A DNA stretch of 64,000 bases, from positions 32,001 through 96,000 of the forward strand of contig JBBQQR010000004.1 in NCBI GenBank assembly GCA_038215615.1, in the 5' to 3' direction. Below are positions 37,060 through 46,503 of the stretch, in pieces. A program made the translations under genes and the position numbers. The notes below the pieces were generated by a model. That model did no database searches, had not been told where the DNA came from, and saw only the letters and a program-made list of their open reading frames with translations. The number at the start of each line of letters is the position of its first letter. Within the stretch, counting starts at the first letter, position 1. This DNA is from Vulcanimicrobiales bacterium. GTDB taxonomy: Bacteria > Vulcanimicrobiota > Vulcanimicrobiia > Vulcanimicrobiales > Vulcanimicrobiaceae.

Positions 37060-39927
37060 ATGACAGACTTACGACACTCGGGGCGGTGCACGGCTTTGGC
37101 TATAGCCGTGGCAGTACTCATTGGAATCTTCGCCATTCCGGTACCCGCGCAGGCAGCCAATACTGGCGCCATCGTCGGTACGGTCACGAACACTGCCACC
37201 GGCGCACCGATCGCCAACGTTGACGTCACCGCGGCTTCGCCCGCGGCAACGGCCCGGACAAAGACGGACTCGCGCGGGTTCTACACGCTCCAGGCACTTT
37301 TCCCCGACACGTACACCGTCTCGTATCAAATCAACGGCTACGCGCCGATCGTTCTACCGGGCGTCACAGTGCTGCAAGGGCAAACTGTTTCGCTCAACGA
37401 GACGATGACAAACGCGTTGCGCACAATTGCTTCCGTCACCTCACGTGCGGCGGGCAACCTCGTGCAACCGAACGTGACGTCAGACGTCTACAACGTTTCG
37501 GGAGCGCAATTGAACGCACTTTCGCTCGGAAACGATCTGCACAAGACGCTTTACCAGTACGTACAAGGCGTACCGGGCGTCACCTCGACCGGTTTCCCCG
37601 CGCAACCGCGCATTCACGGCGGCAGTATCACCGACATCGGCTATGAGTTCGATGGGATTCCGATCAAGGAACGCATCACGGGCTTCTTTACGACGAACCT
37701 TTCGAACGTCGGCATCGCCAACGTCGAAGTCTACACCGGCGGCCTCTCGGCGGGCGATGCGGCCAACGGCCTGGGCATCATTAATACGGTCGTAAAGTCG
37801 GGCACGTACCCGGCGTTCGGCCAAGTTTCGTTCGGCACCAATCTCTACGGTCAGAACCAACAGCTGACTGCAGAATTTGGCGGAGCGACGCCCAACCGGC
37901 GCTTTTCGTGGTATGCCGCGATCGACAAAACCAACCAGCTGAACTACTACAGCTCCGGGCTGACCTATCCGGCAGTCCTCGCGGAAGGCTTGAACGGCCC
38001 CGGACCGGTGAAAACCACGGACATCGTCGCCAACTTCCATTACCGTCCAAGTGACAGGAACGACATACAGTTCCTCGTCCAAAACGGCGTCGGCGACTTC
38101 ATGTTCAACTATTTGATGGCACGCGCGCCGGGAGAAGCGCCACCAGTAACCGCAGTACCGTGCCCAGGATACGCGGTTTCGGCGACAACGTATACGGGTG
38201 CCACGGGTGGAACCGCGCCCAACGGGCAGAACTGCCCGCTCGGTCTTTACTTCGGAACGGCCTCAAACAACAACGGGAACATCTGGCACCACTACTCGGG
38301 CATCGGTAAGATTCAGTGGAACCACATCATTAACGACCACTCGTTCTTCGCACTGAGATTCGCCGAGAATTTCAACCAGTACATCTTCGATCAACCGGTC
38401 GTAGATGCAAACCTAGCCATTGAAAATACAGCCGATTTTCGTGTCCGCGCCGGCTGCCCGCCGGTACCATACATGCCCGGCACGCCCATCATGAATAGCG
38501 GCGCGGGAACCAGCGGCGTTGCATGCATGCAGCAGACCAACTGGTTCAATACGGGTTTCTTTGGAGACCGGCGCTCCAATATGTACTTGGCCTCGCTCGA
38601 TTACACCAACGCCGTTAACGCGAACACGACCATCCGGGCGGGCATCGGCCAAGAGTACGACATCAATCTCTACAACTTCTATTACACGTTCTTCTTTAAC
38701 ACGGATGGGTCGTACCCGGGAACCAACTTCACGTCGAACTATCCGACTCACGTTCCGAGCGCGTACGTTGATGTCGCACTGCGTAACAGCCGGTGGCTGG
38801 TTCAACCCGGGCTTCGTTATCAGCGGATGTCCTATAGTTATCCCGGAGGCCCGTTCACCGTCGGAATCCTCAATCCGACATTCTCAGCGACATACACGAT
38901 GGGACCGAACGACGTGATCCGGGGATCGTACACCGACTCGACAACGTTCGTCGGCAGCGGATACGTTTTTCGGATCGTTCCGCCGGGTCCGCTTAACGGC
39001 GGGTCGGCAACGTCACCGCCGTTTACGCCATACAACCCTAGTGCAAACGGCTTCTCGGCGGATCCGACACGGATTCATAGCGCCGACCTTCAGTGGGAGC
39101 ATCAATTCGATGCCAACACGTCGCTGAAGTTCGGACCGTGGATGAACAAAGCGACGAATACGTTCTATCTCTACCGGCCGCAAACGAGCGCTGACGGCGT
39201 GTTGCCGATCACGTTCGGCCCGCAGCTCCCGCAAAACGGCGGGATCCGTCAAGCGTTCGGTTTCGAACTGGGCGTGAACCACACCGACCCGCGGCCGATC
39301 GGCGTGTCGTGGTGGCTTAGCGCGACGTACGACAACTACTGGACGTCGATTACGTCGTCGCTAGCGGCGTCGTTCAACGTTGCGCCACTGCCGACTCCTG
39401 TCGTGCAGCGCGGCAACCTGATCCGGTCCGCCTTCGATCCGCTCATTAGCGGAACGCTTACGGCCGATCTGCACTACAACAACTTCCACCTCATCCCGCT
39501 GGTCTATTTCCAGGGACCTTCGTTCACGAACATCGGCGTGCAGACCATCTGCACGATCGGGATAACGACGAGCGCGTCGAGATGCACGAATACGTTCCAC
39601 GGACAAGTCCAGCCCCCGCAGATCGGGCAATCAGAAGCGATGACACAAGGATACTGGGTGATGAACATGAGTGCGCTCACCCACCTGCCGCACGGCCTCA
39701 CGTTGGGCCTGCAAGTGCAGAACCTGTTCAGCCAAACGCACGATCCGACCGGTGAATGTTCGGCTAGCCAGCTCGGAAGCACGCCGACACTCTACACGGG
39801 TTGCGGACCGTTCTGGCCCAACACGCCGACGCTGACGCCGGCAACGGGGGGTTCGTACCGCACGTACCAAGACTACTCGCAGACGACTCCGCAGTTCGAG
39901 CTGTTCTTGGTCAAGCGCATCCCGTAG
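37060..39927 (+). CDS. TonB-dependent receptor-like outer-membrane protein with an N-terminal carboxypeptidase-regulatory-like domain
   Basis: Signal peptide; G.I.GTV....G.PIA...V...T..TD..G.Y; plug-like PGV...RIHGG...EFDGIP...IINTV.KSGT; barrel strands, V.NLF near the C-terminus. Confidence 0.8.
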   Translation: MTDLRHSGRCTALAIAVAVLIGIFAIPVPAQAANTGAIVGTVTNTATGAPIANVDVTAASPAATARTKTDSRGFYTLQALFPDTYTVSYQINGYAPIVLPGVTVLQGQTVSLNETMTNALRTIASVTSRAAGNLVQPNVTSDVYNVSGAQLNALSLGNDLHKTLYQYVQGVPGVTSTGFPAQPRIHGGSITDIGYEFDGIPIKERITGFFTTNLSNVGIANVEVYTGGLSAGDAANGLGIINTVVKSGTYPAFGQVSFGTNLYGQNQQLTAEFGGATPNRRFSWYAAIDKTNQLNYYSSGLTYPAVLAEGLNGPGPVKTTDIVANFHYRPSDRNDIQFLVQNGVGDFMFNYLMARAPGEAPPVTAVPCPGYAVSATTYTGATGGTAPNGQNCPLGLYFGTASNNNGNIWHHYSGIGKIQWNHIINDHSFFALRFAENFNQYIFDQPVVDANLAIENTADFRVRAGCPPVPYMPGTPIMNSGAGTSGVACMQQTNWFNTGFFGDRRSNMYLASLDYTNAVNANTTIRAGIGQEYDINLYNFYYTFFFNTDGSYPGTNFTSNYPTHVPSAYVDVALRNSRWLVQPGLRYQRMSYSYPGGPFTVGILNPTFSATYTMGPNDVIRGSYTDSTTFVGSGYVFRIVPPGPLNGGSATSPPFTPYNPSANGFSADPTRIHSADLQWEHQFDANTSLKFGPWMNKATNTFYLYRPQTSADGVLPITFGPQLPQNGGIRQAFGFELGVNHTDPRPIGVSWWLSATYDNYWTSITSSLAASFNVAPLPTPVVQRGNLIRSAFDPLISGTLTADLHYNNFHLIPLVYFQGPSFTNIGVQTICTIGITTSASRCTNTFHGQVQPPQIGQSEAMTQGYWVMNMSALTHLPHGLTLGLQVQNLFSQTHDPTGECSASQLGSTPTLYTGCGPFWPNTPTLTPATGGSYRTYQDYSQTTPQFELFLVKRIP

Positions 39928-39949
39928 GCCCGGAATCGGCAGAACCTCT

Positions 39950-39976
39950 GGGGCGGTGCGAAAGCATCGCCCCTTT
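39950..39976 (+). terminator. Intrinsic terminator after the receptor gene
   Basis: ggggcggtgc-gaaa-gcatcgcccc-ttt. Confidence 0.7.
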
Positions 39977-39996
39977 CGTTTGTCGAAACGCGATGC

Positions 39997-41487
39997 ATGC
40001 CGTTCCCACTTCCGCTGCTCCTGGGCGCGCTTCTCGCGCAGGCGAGCCCAACTCCCACGCCCGCACCGATGCCCGCAGGCTTGGTGTACTACGGGAATCC
40101 GGCCGCCACACTCACGATCGTTTCGCGCCCGCTCGGATTCGATCCGGACGGGAACGCGCGCTGGCTCCTGGTCGCGCGCTTTCTCGACGCGCAGGGCAAA
40201 CCCACGCGCATCATGACGGGCAGCGACCTCGATTGGCTCTCGCGCGACGGCTATGTGCAGTGGCAGACGCGCCTGCGCTTTGGTCAGCCCGCAGCTATTC
40301 TCAAAACCCATCGTAACGGGCGCCTGCAGATCGTCGTGCGCTCGAACACGCCGAAGCTCGGCAGCGTCACGGTCATGACCGACACGCGCAGCTGGACCGG
40401 ATCGCGGGTCGTCGCGCAAGCGCTCGGACCGCATACGATCCAAGTCGGCTGGTTTCCGCAAGAGAACGTATTGGCGCGCGTCGTGCGTATCGACAGTTTT
40501 GGCAGACGCGCAATCATGAGCGTCATCGCCGGACCGAGCTCTTCCTATCGCGACACATCGGTGGAACCGGGCGCACACTACCGCTACCTCGTGTACCGAA
40601 GCGACCATCCGGCGGCGAAAACGACGGCGATTGTGACGCCGCCGGCCGCGCCCGCGACTTTGCTTTCGGCTGCCTCGGGAAAAGCGATGTGGCTGTTCTT
40701 TACGGTGAACCCGCTCGATCCGCTGTACTTCAAACACCTCGATCCGCAGGCCATGGTCAACCAAGCCGTGCGCGCCGGTTTGCACTACGTGGAACTGCGC
40801 ACGGCGTACGGCGCGTATTGGGAGATCACGCCCGAGGCGAAACCCACGGTCGATGCAATTATCGACGGTTTAGCGGCGCACGGCATCGGCACGATCGGTT
40901 GGACGGTTCCGCGCGATACGACGTTCGAAGATCTGCAAGCCAGCGTCCGTACCGCATATTATAGGACGGCTAAGGGCACGCCGCTGACGGGGCTCGCCGT
41001 CGATTTGGAGCGCGGTGACGAGTTCATGGGCGGCGATCCGCAAAAGTTGGATGCGCTGTGGCTGTACATGCAGCGCCTGCGCGCCGCGCTCGGCCCAAAG
41101 TATTTGCTGGTCTCGACCATCGAGGATCCCTATCTCGAACATCTCACCCTCGCAAAATATCCGTACCGCCAAATCGCGCAATACAGCGACGTGCTGCAGC
41201 CGATGGCGTACTGGCGTATGATGCGGCGCACGCCGACAACACCGGAGCAAGTCAAGGTGTTGCTGCGAGCATCGTACGACAAAGTGATCGCGCTGAGCGG
41301 CCGGCGGTTGCCGGTAAGTATGGGCGGACAGACGACCGCGGAGGGACGCAACGGCTACCCGCCCGCCGATGAGATCACCGCGTCACTCGATGCGAGCCGC
41401 GCCGCCGGAGCGATCGGCGAGTGTTTCTTTGCCTGGGATGGCACGCAGCCGTACCAGTGGGACGCGCTGGCGGCATACCGCTGGTGA
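39997..41487 (+). CDS. Secreted protein with an FN3-like domain and a probable glycoside-hydrolase-like TIM barrel
   Basis: Signal plus P/T linker; YRDTSVEPG.HY.Y.V (FN3); GLAVDLE, QPMAYW, FFAWD barrel motifs. Confidence 0.65.
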   Translation: MPFPLPLLLGALLAQASPTPTPAPMPAGLVYYGNPAATLTIVSRPLGFDPDGNARWLLVARFLDAQGKPTRIMTGSDLDWLSRDGYVQWQTRLRFGQPAAILKTHRNGRLQIVVRSNTPKLGSVTVMTDTRSWTGSRVVAQALGPHTIQVGWFPQENVLARVVRIDSFGRRAIMSVIAGPSSSYRDTSVEPGAHYRYLVYRSDHPAAKTTAIVTPPAAPATLLSAASGKAMWLFFTVNPLDPLYFKHLDPQAMVNQAVRAGLHYVELRTAYGAYWEITPEAKPTVDAIIDGLAAHGIGTIGWTVPRDTTFEDLQASVRTAYYRTAKGTPLTGLAVDLERGDEFMGGDPQKLDALWLYMQRLRAALGPKYLLVSTIEDPYLEHLTLAKYPYRQIAQYSDVLQPMAYWRMMRRTPTTPEQVKVLLRASYDKVIALSGRRLPVSMGGQTTAEGRNGYPPADEITASLDASRAAGAIGECFFAWDGTQPYQWDALAAYRW

Positions 41488-41518
41488 ATCCAACGCCGGC
41501 CCGAAAACGTTCTAGTCA

Positions 41519-41995
41519 ATGATGAGCAACGAAACGGCGACCTTCGCGGCAGGCTGCTTCTGGGGTGTCGAAGCGGCTTTTCGGCAGCTTCCGGGCGTGC
41601 TGGAAGTCACCAGTGGATACACCGGCGGCCACACGGTCGCGCCGAGTTACCAGGATGTCTGCAGTGGGCGCACCGGGCACGCCGAGGCCGTAGAGATTCT
41701 CTACGACCCGCAAAAAATTTCTTACGACGCGCTGCTCGACGCGTTCTGGAAAATTCACGATCCTACGACGGCCAACCGTCAGGGGCCCGACGTCGGAACG
41801 CAGTACCGTTCGGCGATTTTCACGCACGGCGGCGAACAGCAAAAACTGGCTGAAACGTCGCGCACGCGCGAGCAAGGCAATCAATCCCAGCCAATCGTGA
41901 CGGAGATTGCGGCCGCCGGCGATTTTTATCCGGCCGAAGATTACCATCAGCGATATTTCGAAAGAAATGGGGTCGCATGCCACATAGCACTATGA
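41519..41995 (+). CDS. msrA: Peptide-methionine (S)-S-oxide reductase
   Basis: [32 protein letters not shown]. Confidence 0.96.
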   Translation: MMSNETATFAAGCFWGVEAAFRQLPGVLEVTSGYTGGHTVAPSYQDVCSGRTGHAEAVEILYDPQKISYDALLDAFWKIHDPTTANRQGPDVGTQYRSAIFTHGGEQQKLAETSRTREQGNQSQPIVTEIAAAGDFYPAEDYHQRYFERNGVACHIAL

Positions 41996-42471
41996 CGCGC
42001 GCGGCTTTTGCGATCAGCGTCGCTTCTGCAGTTGGCGCGCTGGCATTTATGCGTGGCGCGCGCGCCAGCGAGAGCTATGCCGTGACCCACAGCGACACGG
42101 AGTGGCGGCAAATACTCGGACCGGCACGCTTTCAAATCTTACGCCAAAACGGCACCGAGCCGCCGGGCAGCAGCCCGTTGAACGACGAGCATCGTTCCGG
42201 GACCTATTCCTGCGCGGCATGCGGGCTGGCGAACTTTTCTTCCAAAACCAAATATGATGCGGGCGAAGGCTGGCCGAGTTTCTGGGTCCCCCTTCCTGAC
42301 GCAATCCGCACCCGCGCGGATTACGAGCTCCTCGATCCGCGCACCGAAGCGCACTGCCGCCGCTGCGGGTCGCATCTGGGACATATTTTTGACGATGGCC
42401 CCAAGCCGACCGGAAAACGCTACTGCATCGACGGGTTGGCGCTCACGTTCGCGCCGGGGAAAGCCGCTTAG
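41992..42471 (+). CDS. msrB: Peptide-methionine (R)-S-oxide reductase with an N-terminal signal
   Basis: [35 protein letters not shown]. Confidence 0.95.
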   Translation: MTRAAFAISVASAVGALAFMRGARASESYAVTHSDTEWRQILGPARFQILRQNGTEPPGSSPLNDEHRSGTYSCAACGLANFSSKTKYDAGEGWPSFWVPLPDAIRTRADYELLDPRTEAHCRRCGSHLGHIFDDGPKPTGKRYCIDGLALTFAPGKAA

Positions 42472-42905
42472 AGCGAACCCTTGTTGGCGCGCGCCATCAC
42501 TTCGTTGAGCGTGAGGATCTCAATCTTCTCCGACTCGCGGATGTACGAGCGGAACTCTTGCGAGAGATAGAACGCCACGAGCCCTGAAGTAAAACCGCTC
42601 CCGCCGATGACGATGTACGCTTTGTCATAGCTCGGATTCTCGCGCAGCGCGTGCAGCAGTTTGATCACTTCGTAGGGGACTTTCTCTTCGGCGCTGCCGG
42701 CGGTCTGCTGCCATTTCAGCGAAACGAGAAAGCGCGAACCGTTGGGGCGCATGCCGACCAAGTCGGCGCGATGTCTTCCACCGCCCGGCTTACTTCCGAC
42801 GACAACTTGTTTTTCGACCGCGTAACTATTGTTGAGCAGCACGGCTTCGACGCCCGCTTCGAGGGTGGACCCGGTCTTCGTGCCGAGGCTGCCCGGAAAA
42901 AGCAT
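42468..42905 (-). CDS. Small PD-(D/E)XK nuclease (candidate restriction endonuclease)
   Basis: G..LE..V, H.AD, SLKWQQTAGSAEEK; stop/start coupled to the methylase. Confidence 0.75.
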   Translation of the reverse strand: MLFPGSLGTKTGSTLEAGVEAVLLNNSYAVEKQVVVGSKPGGGRHRADLVGMRPNGSRFLVSLKWQQTAGSAEEKVPYEVIKLLHALRENPSYDKAYIVIGGSGFTSGLVAFYLSQEFRSYIRESEKIEILTLNEVMARANKGSL

Positions 42906-43720
42906 CAGAGGTTACGCGTGGCCAGCATCTCGCGCGCGTCGTCGCGATTGCCGTCGCAACTGATGCGGCGCGGTGCGTCCAGGATTTCCACGTCAAATCC
43001 GAGTTCGCGGTAGAGCCGCAGGACACGCTTGGTTGCCTGGTTCGAAGCAATGACCGGACCGGGATGAGCCGCAAGGCGCTTGGCGAGCCGTCGCTGATCC
43101 GCCCACGTAAAGCCGCCCGCCGCGTACGAGGTGAACTCGACGTCATAGGGCGGATCGGCGTAGATGAAGTCATCGCCGCGAATATCGATTGCTTCGAAAT
43201 CGCCTTGGACGATCTCGTAACGCGACAGCGTCGGACGGTACGGCAGAAAGTCTTTGTGACATTCGACGTGTTTGTAACGGCCGAAGGGTACGTTAAAAAA
43301 ACCGCGCGCGTTGAAGCGGCAGAGTCCGTTGTAACCGGTGCGGTTGAGGTAGTAGAAAAGCGCGGCGGCTTCGGCCGTTTCGCCTTCGTCTTTACGAATC
43401 AATTCGTTAAAGCGCGCGCGGTTGTGGGCGTAGATCTCGCGATCGTTTTTCAGCGAGACGCCGGTGGAACGCAAATCTAAGCCCCGCTGCAGCCAACGGT
43501 AGAATGAGATCAGGTGGGGATTCACGTCGCCTAAAAGCGCACGCCGCGGCAACAGTCCGAGCGTCACGGCCATTCCGCCCGCGAACGGCTCGACGAGACG
43601 GCGCTCGCGGTGTTCCGCCCACGTTTGGAGCAAATGGGGCACGAGCCAGCGCTTCCCGCCGGCCCATTTTAGCGGCGGGGAAAGCGCTACGGAGGCGATT
43701 TCCTCGACTGCGACGGCCAT
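42905..43720 (-). CDS. Dam/D12-family N6-adenine DNA methyltransferase
   Basis: PPLKWAGGK, EPFAGG, D.N..LI, YLNRTGYNGL.R.N..G.FNVPFG, DPPY. Confidence 0.93.
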   Translation of the reverse strand: MAVAVEEIASVALSPPLKWAGGKRWLVPHLLQTWAEHRERRLVEPFAGGMAVTLGLLPRRALLGDVNPHLISFYRWLQRGLDLRSTGVSLKNDREIYAHNRARFNELIRKDEGETAEAAALFYYLNRTGYNGLCRFNARGFFNVPFGRYKHVECHKDFLPYRPTLSRYEIVQGDFEAIDIRGDDFIYADPPYDVEFTSYAAGGFTWADQRRLAKRLAAHPGPVIASNQATKRVLRLYRELGFDVEILDAPRRISCDGNRDDAREMLATRNL

Positions 43721-43832
43721 GGCCCAATTATTGCCGGGCAGGGTGCCAGCTGCCTGTCACTCTGCAGAGGGGTTCGGCGAAACTTTGCAGGCCGCAGGGG
43801 CGTTGGTCGCAAGGGAGAAAGGATTCCGCCGC

Positions 43833-43908
43833 GCCGACGTAGCTCAGTTGGTAGAGTGCAGCTTTCGTAAAGCTGATGTCGTCGGTTCGAATCCGACCGT
43901 CGGCTCCA
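43833..43908 (+). tRNA. tRNA-Thr(CGT)
   Basis: GCCGACG/CGTCGGC acceptor stem, AGCTCAGTTGGTAGAG D-arm, cagct-TTCGTAA-agctg anticodon arm, GGTTCGAATCC T-arm, T-CCA end; 76 nt. Confidence 0.95.
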
Positions 43909-43911
43909 TCT

Positions 43912-43947
43912 AAAAAATGCAACACAAATCGTGTTGCGTTTTTCTTT
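43912..43947 (+). terminator. Intrinsic terminator after the tRNA
   Basis: aaaaatgcaacac-aaatc-gtgttgcgttttt-cttt. Confidence 0.75.
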
Positions 43948-43988
43948 GTGCCATACAGGTGGCACTATCAATCCGTATCATCGATACT

Positions 43989-44510
43989 ATGAGAAACATA
44001 ATTTGCAGACGGCCCGGCTGCGACAACCTCGTCAAGAAGGGCGCGACATCCTATTGCTCCCAGCGGTGCCAATTCGACTTTCTTTACGACGAGTTTATTC
44101 GTAAATGGAAACTCGGCGAAATCGATGGTTCCAGCCGAAACCTTGATGGACCGCGATCGCGCGTCCGGCGATATCTTATGGAATCGACCGGTTACACATG
44201 TAGCGTCTGCGGATGGGGCGAGCGCAACCCGAGAACAGGGCGCGTCCCATTGCACGTAGACCACATCGACGGAAACGCGCGGAACAATAGGCCAGAAAAT
44301 CTGCGACTACTTTGCCCCAACCATCATTCTTTGACCGAAACCTTCGGAAATGCCAATAAAGGTAACGGACGCGCCCTTCGGCGCGCCCGCTATATCAAGG
44401 GAATCGACGGCGTTCACTTTTCGCCGCTGATCTTGCCGCAGCGGCGCGGTCGCTTTAGGGCTCGTAGTGGAAGCGCTGCACGAAGGCGGTTGCGGGCGCC
44501 GTTGCAGTAG
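43989..44510 (+). CDS. HNH endonuclease with N-terminal Cys motifs
   Basis: C....C...YCSQRC; CSVCG...LHVDHIDG...NN..ENLRLLCPNHH. Confidence 0.88.
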   Translation: MRNIICRRPGCDNLVKKGATSYCSQRCQFDFLYDEFIRKWKLGEIDGSSRNLDGPRSRVRRYLMESTGYTCSVCGWGERNPRTGRVPLHVDHIDGNARNNRPENLRLLCPNHHSLTETFGNANKGNGRALRRARYIKGIDGVHFSPLILPQRRGRFRARSGSAARRRLRAPLQ

Positions 44511-45372
44511 GACGCGTTCCCCAAACGGCCCAAATATCGCCGGTTTTTGGATCGATCGCGACCGTGTGCGGTCCGGGCGTCATCGGCAACGTGCCGAGGA
44601 TCGTCGCCGGTCCGTTCTGATTGATTTTGAGCAACGTGATCCCGTTGCCCGCGCACGCCATCATCTGGCGCGACACGTCGAGATCGCACTGATCGACTCG
44701 TGACGGGTAATCGATCGTCCACAGCAGTTTTCCGGCAGTCGAGTACCCCGACATCTTGTTATTCGAGCCGGCCACGAGCAGCATATTGAAGGGCGCGTCG
44801 TACTGCAGCGGATGGTTATGCTTGATCTCCGGCGTCGAAATCGTGCGCGTCAGCTGCATTCTGCGCCCATCGATAACGGCGATCTCGCTCTCGCTATCGA
44901 TGTTCTGATAAATCTCGTGCGTGGCCGGATTGATCTGCAGATACTCCGGCTTGTGGCCCGGAACGACAATCGTCCCGATCTGCTTGAAGGTCTTCGAGTC
45001 GATCACGAAAATTCGCGTACCGTCGTCTTCATCGCCATAGATCCGGCCGAGCTGCCCATCGTAAGCGATTGCGTCGACGGGACCGGCAACCGCCACGCGC
45101 GCAATTTCTTTCAGCGTCACCGGATCGACCTCCGACAGCGCTTTTGCGCCGCCGTTGCCCGTGTACACATGGCCGCTCGTCGCATTGGGAGCCGATCCGG
45201 CGACGCCGCCCAGCTGGACAGTACCAGCGACGGCACCCGTGTCGGCATCTATGATCATAAGCACCGCGCCGTGCGCCGCATAGATGCGGCGGTGCAACGA
45301 ATCCACCGTCACGTAATCGAAACCGCCGGGCGGTGTTACCGCTACGGGCGGAGCTGCAGCTACAATAGGCAT
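44455..45372 (-). CDS. YncE/YVTN-like beta-propeller protein
   Basis: GGFDY..VD...RRIY.AH, repeated vID..T...i..i.v blades. Confidence 0.8.
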   Translation of the reverse strand: MPIVAAAPPVAVTPPGGFDYVTVDSLHRRIYAAHGAVLMIIDADTGAVAGTVQLGGVAGSAPNATSGHVYTGNGGAKALSEVDPVTLKEIARVAVAGPVDAIAYDGQLGRIYGDEDDGTRIFVIDSKTFKQIGTIVVPGHKPEYLQINPATHEIYQNIDSESEIAVIDGRRMQLTRTISTPEIKHNHPLQYDAPFNMLLVAGSNNKMSGYSTAGKLLWTIDYPSRVDQCDLDVSRQMMACAGNGITLLKINQNGPATILGTLPMTPGPHTVAIDPKTGDIWAVWGTRPTATAPATAFVQRFHYEP

Positions 45373-45374
45373 CT

Positions 45375-45632
45375 CTACTCCTTCTTATCGTTATCGTGGA
45401 ACGTCCCGCGCTTGGCTCCGGCATCGAGCTCTAAATCGTCCAAAAAATAATAGACGATCTTCCGGTCGTCGAAGCCGACCTTCGCCAGTTCGCGTCCGTT
45501 GAGCGTCACCACCTCGTGGATGTGGCCGGTCTTGCCCGCATACGTGTAGTTGACGGCGGTGTAGCCGGCGTCATCGGGTTTGGGCCGGGGAACGGCTTTG
45601 ACGCCGCGCAGCGGGGTGTTATGGCGGTGCAT
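45375..45632 (-). CDS. Small hypothetical protein (SH3/KOW-like beta fold possible)
   Basis: MHRHNTPLRGVKAVPRP...GKTGHIHEVV...AKVGFDDRKIVYY; its 3' end carries the AAGGAG RBS of the next gene. Confidence 0.6.
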   Translation of the reverse strand: MHRHNTPLRGVKAVPRPKPDDAGYTAVNYTYAGKTGHIHEVVTLNGRELAKVGFDDRKIVYYFLDDLELDAGAKRGTFHDNDKKE

Positions 45633-45650
45633 CAGAACCTGTCGCTTTCT

Positions 45651-46205
45651 ATGGAACAAGCCACGATCATTGAGTACAACGGGAAGCGCCCGAAAGTGGA
45701 CCCCTCGGCCTTTATCGCCCCAACCGCGGTGCTGATCGGCGACGTCGTCATCGGGGCCGAGTCGAGCATTTGGTTCGGCGCGGTGCTGCGCGGCGACAAT
45801 GGTCCGATCCGCATCGGTGCGCGCACGTCGATCCAAGACAACGCCGTGATTCACGTCAGCGAAGGCGGCCTCACGCAGATCGACGACGATGTCACGGTCG
45901 GCCACGCAGCTATCATGGAAGACTGTCACATCAAATCTCACGCGCTGATCGGGAGCAATGCGGTCGTGCTCACCAACGCGACGGTCGGCGAGCGCTCGCT
46001 CGTTGCGGCGGGCAGCGTCGTCGGCGAGGGTTCGGAGATTCCCGACGGCGTGCTGGTTGCCGGCTCTCCGGCCAAGGTAAAAAAGCAACTGGACGGCGAG
46101 TCGGCCAAGTGGATCGCGATCAGCGCGCGCGAGTATGTAAAGCTTTCCCGGTCCTACCGCTCCCAGGGCATCGGAATGCGTGAGGAGCAGCGCTCGCCAC
46201 GTTAG
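45651..46205 (+). CDS. Gamma carbonic anhydrase family protein (YrdA/PaaY-like)
   Basis: P.VDPSAFIAPTAVLIGDV.IG..SSIW.GAVLRGD, QDNAVIH, TVGH, GSPAK. Confidence 0.9.
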   Translation: MEQATIIEYNGKRPKVDPSAFIAPTAVLIGDVVIGAESSIWFGAVLRGDNGPIRIGARTSIQDNAVIHVSEGGLTQIDDDVTVGHAAIMEDCHIKSHALIGSNAVVLTNATVGERSLVAAGSVVGEGSEIPDGVLVAGSPAKVKKQLDGESAKWIAISAREYVKLSRSYRSQGIGMREEQRSPR

Positions 46206-46257
46206 GTCCCGCAGCCGATGGGTACTCCCTAGTACACAGAAAATGAGGGAGACTCCA

Positions 46258-46446
46258 ATGGCCGACCGCCAGCACAACGAAGAAAACATCTCAAAACGGC
46301 TAGCAAGCTTGATCGTGACGCGCAGCCCCTCCAGCCGCGGGGAAATTCCGGAAGATCATTTGGCCGAAGGCGACGCAGACGACCGCGCGCGCGGCTCACA
46401 GCCGGTCGAGCAAGGCGACACGAGGGAAGTCGACCAGCAGGTTTAG
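46258..46446 (+). CDS. Small acidic hypothetical protein
   Basis: GAGGGAG RBS before ATG; 62 aa; GC-rich hairpin at about 46455-46490 downstream. Confidence 0.5.
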   Translation: MADRQHNEENISKRLASLIVTRSPSSRGEIPEDHLAEGDADDRARGSQPVEQGDTREVDQQV

Positions 46447-46503
46447 CAGCCGGCGGACGGCGAGCGCTAGGCGAACGCGCTCGCCGTCCCGAAGAATTCG
46501 GCC

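Noticed and set aside
42468..44510. Prophage or integrative element at tRNA-Thr
   Set aside because: No integrase, structural genes or att duplication seen; reported only as a small nuclease-rich island
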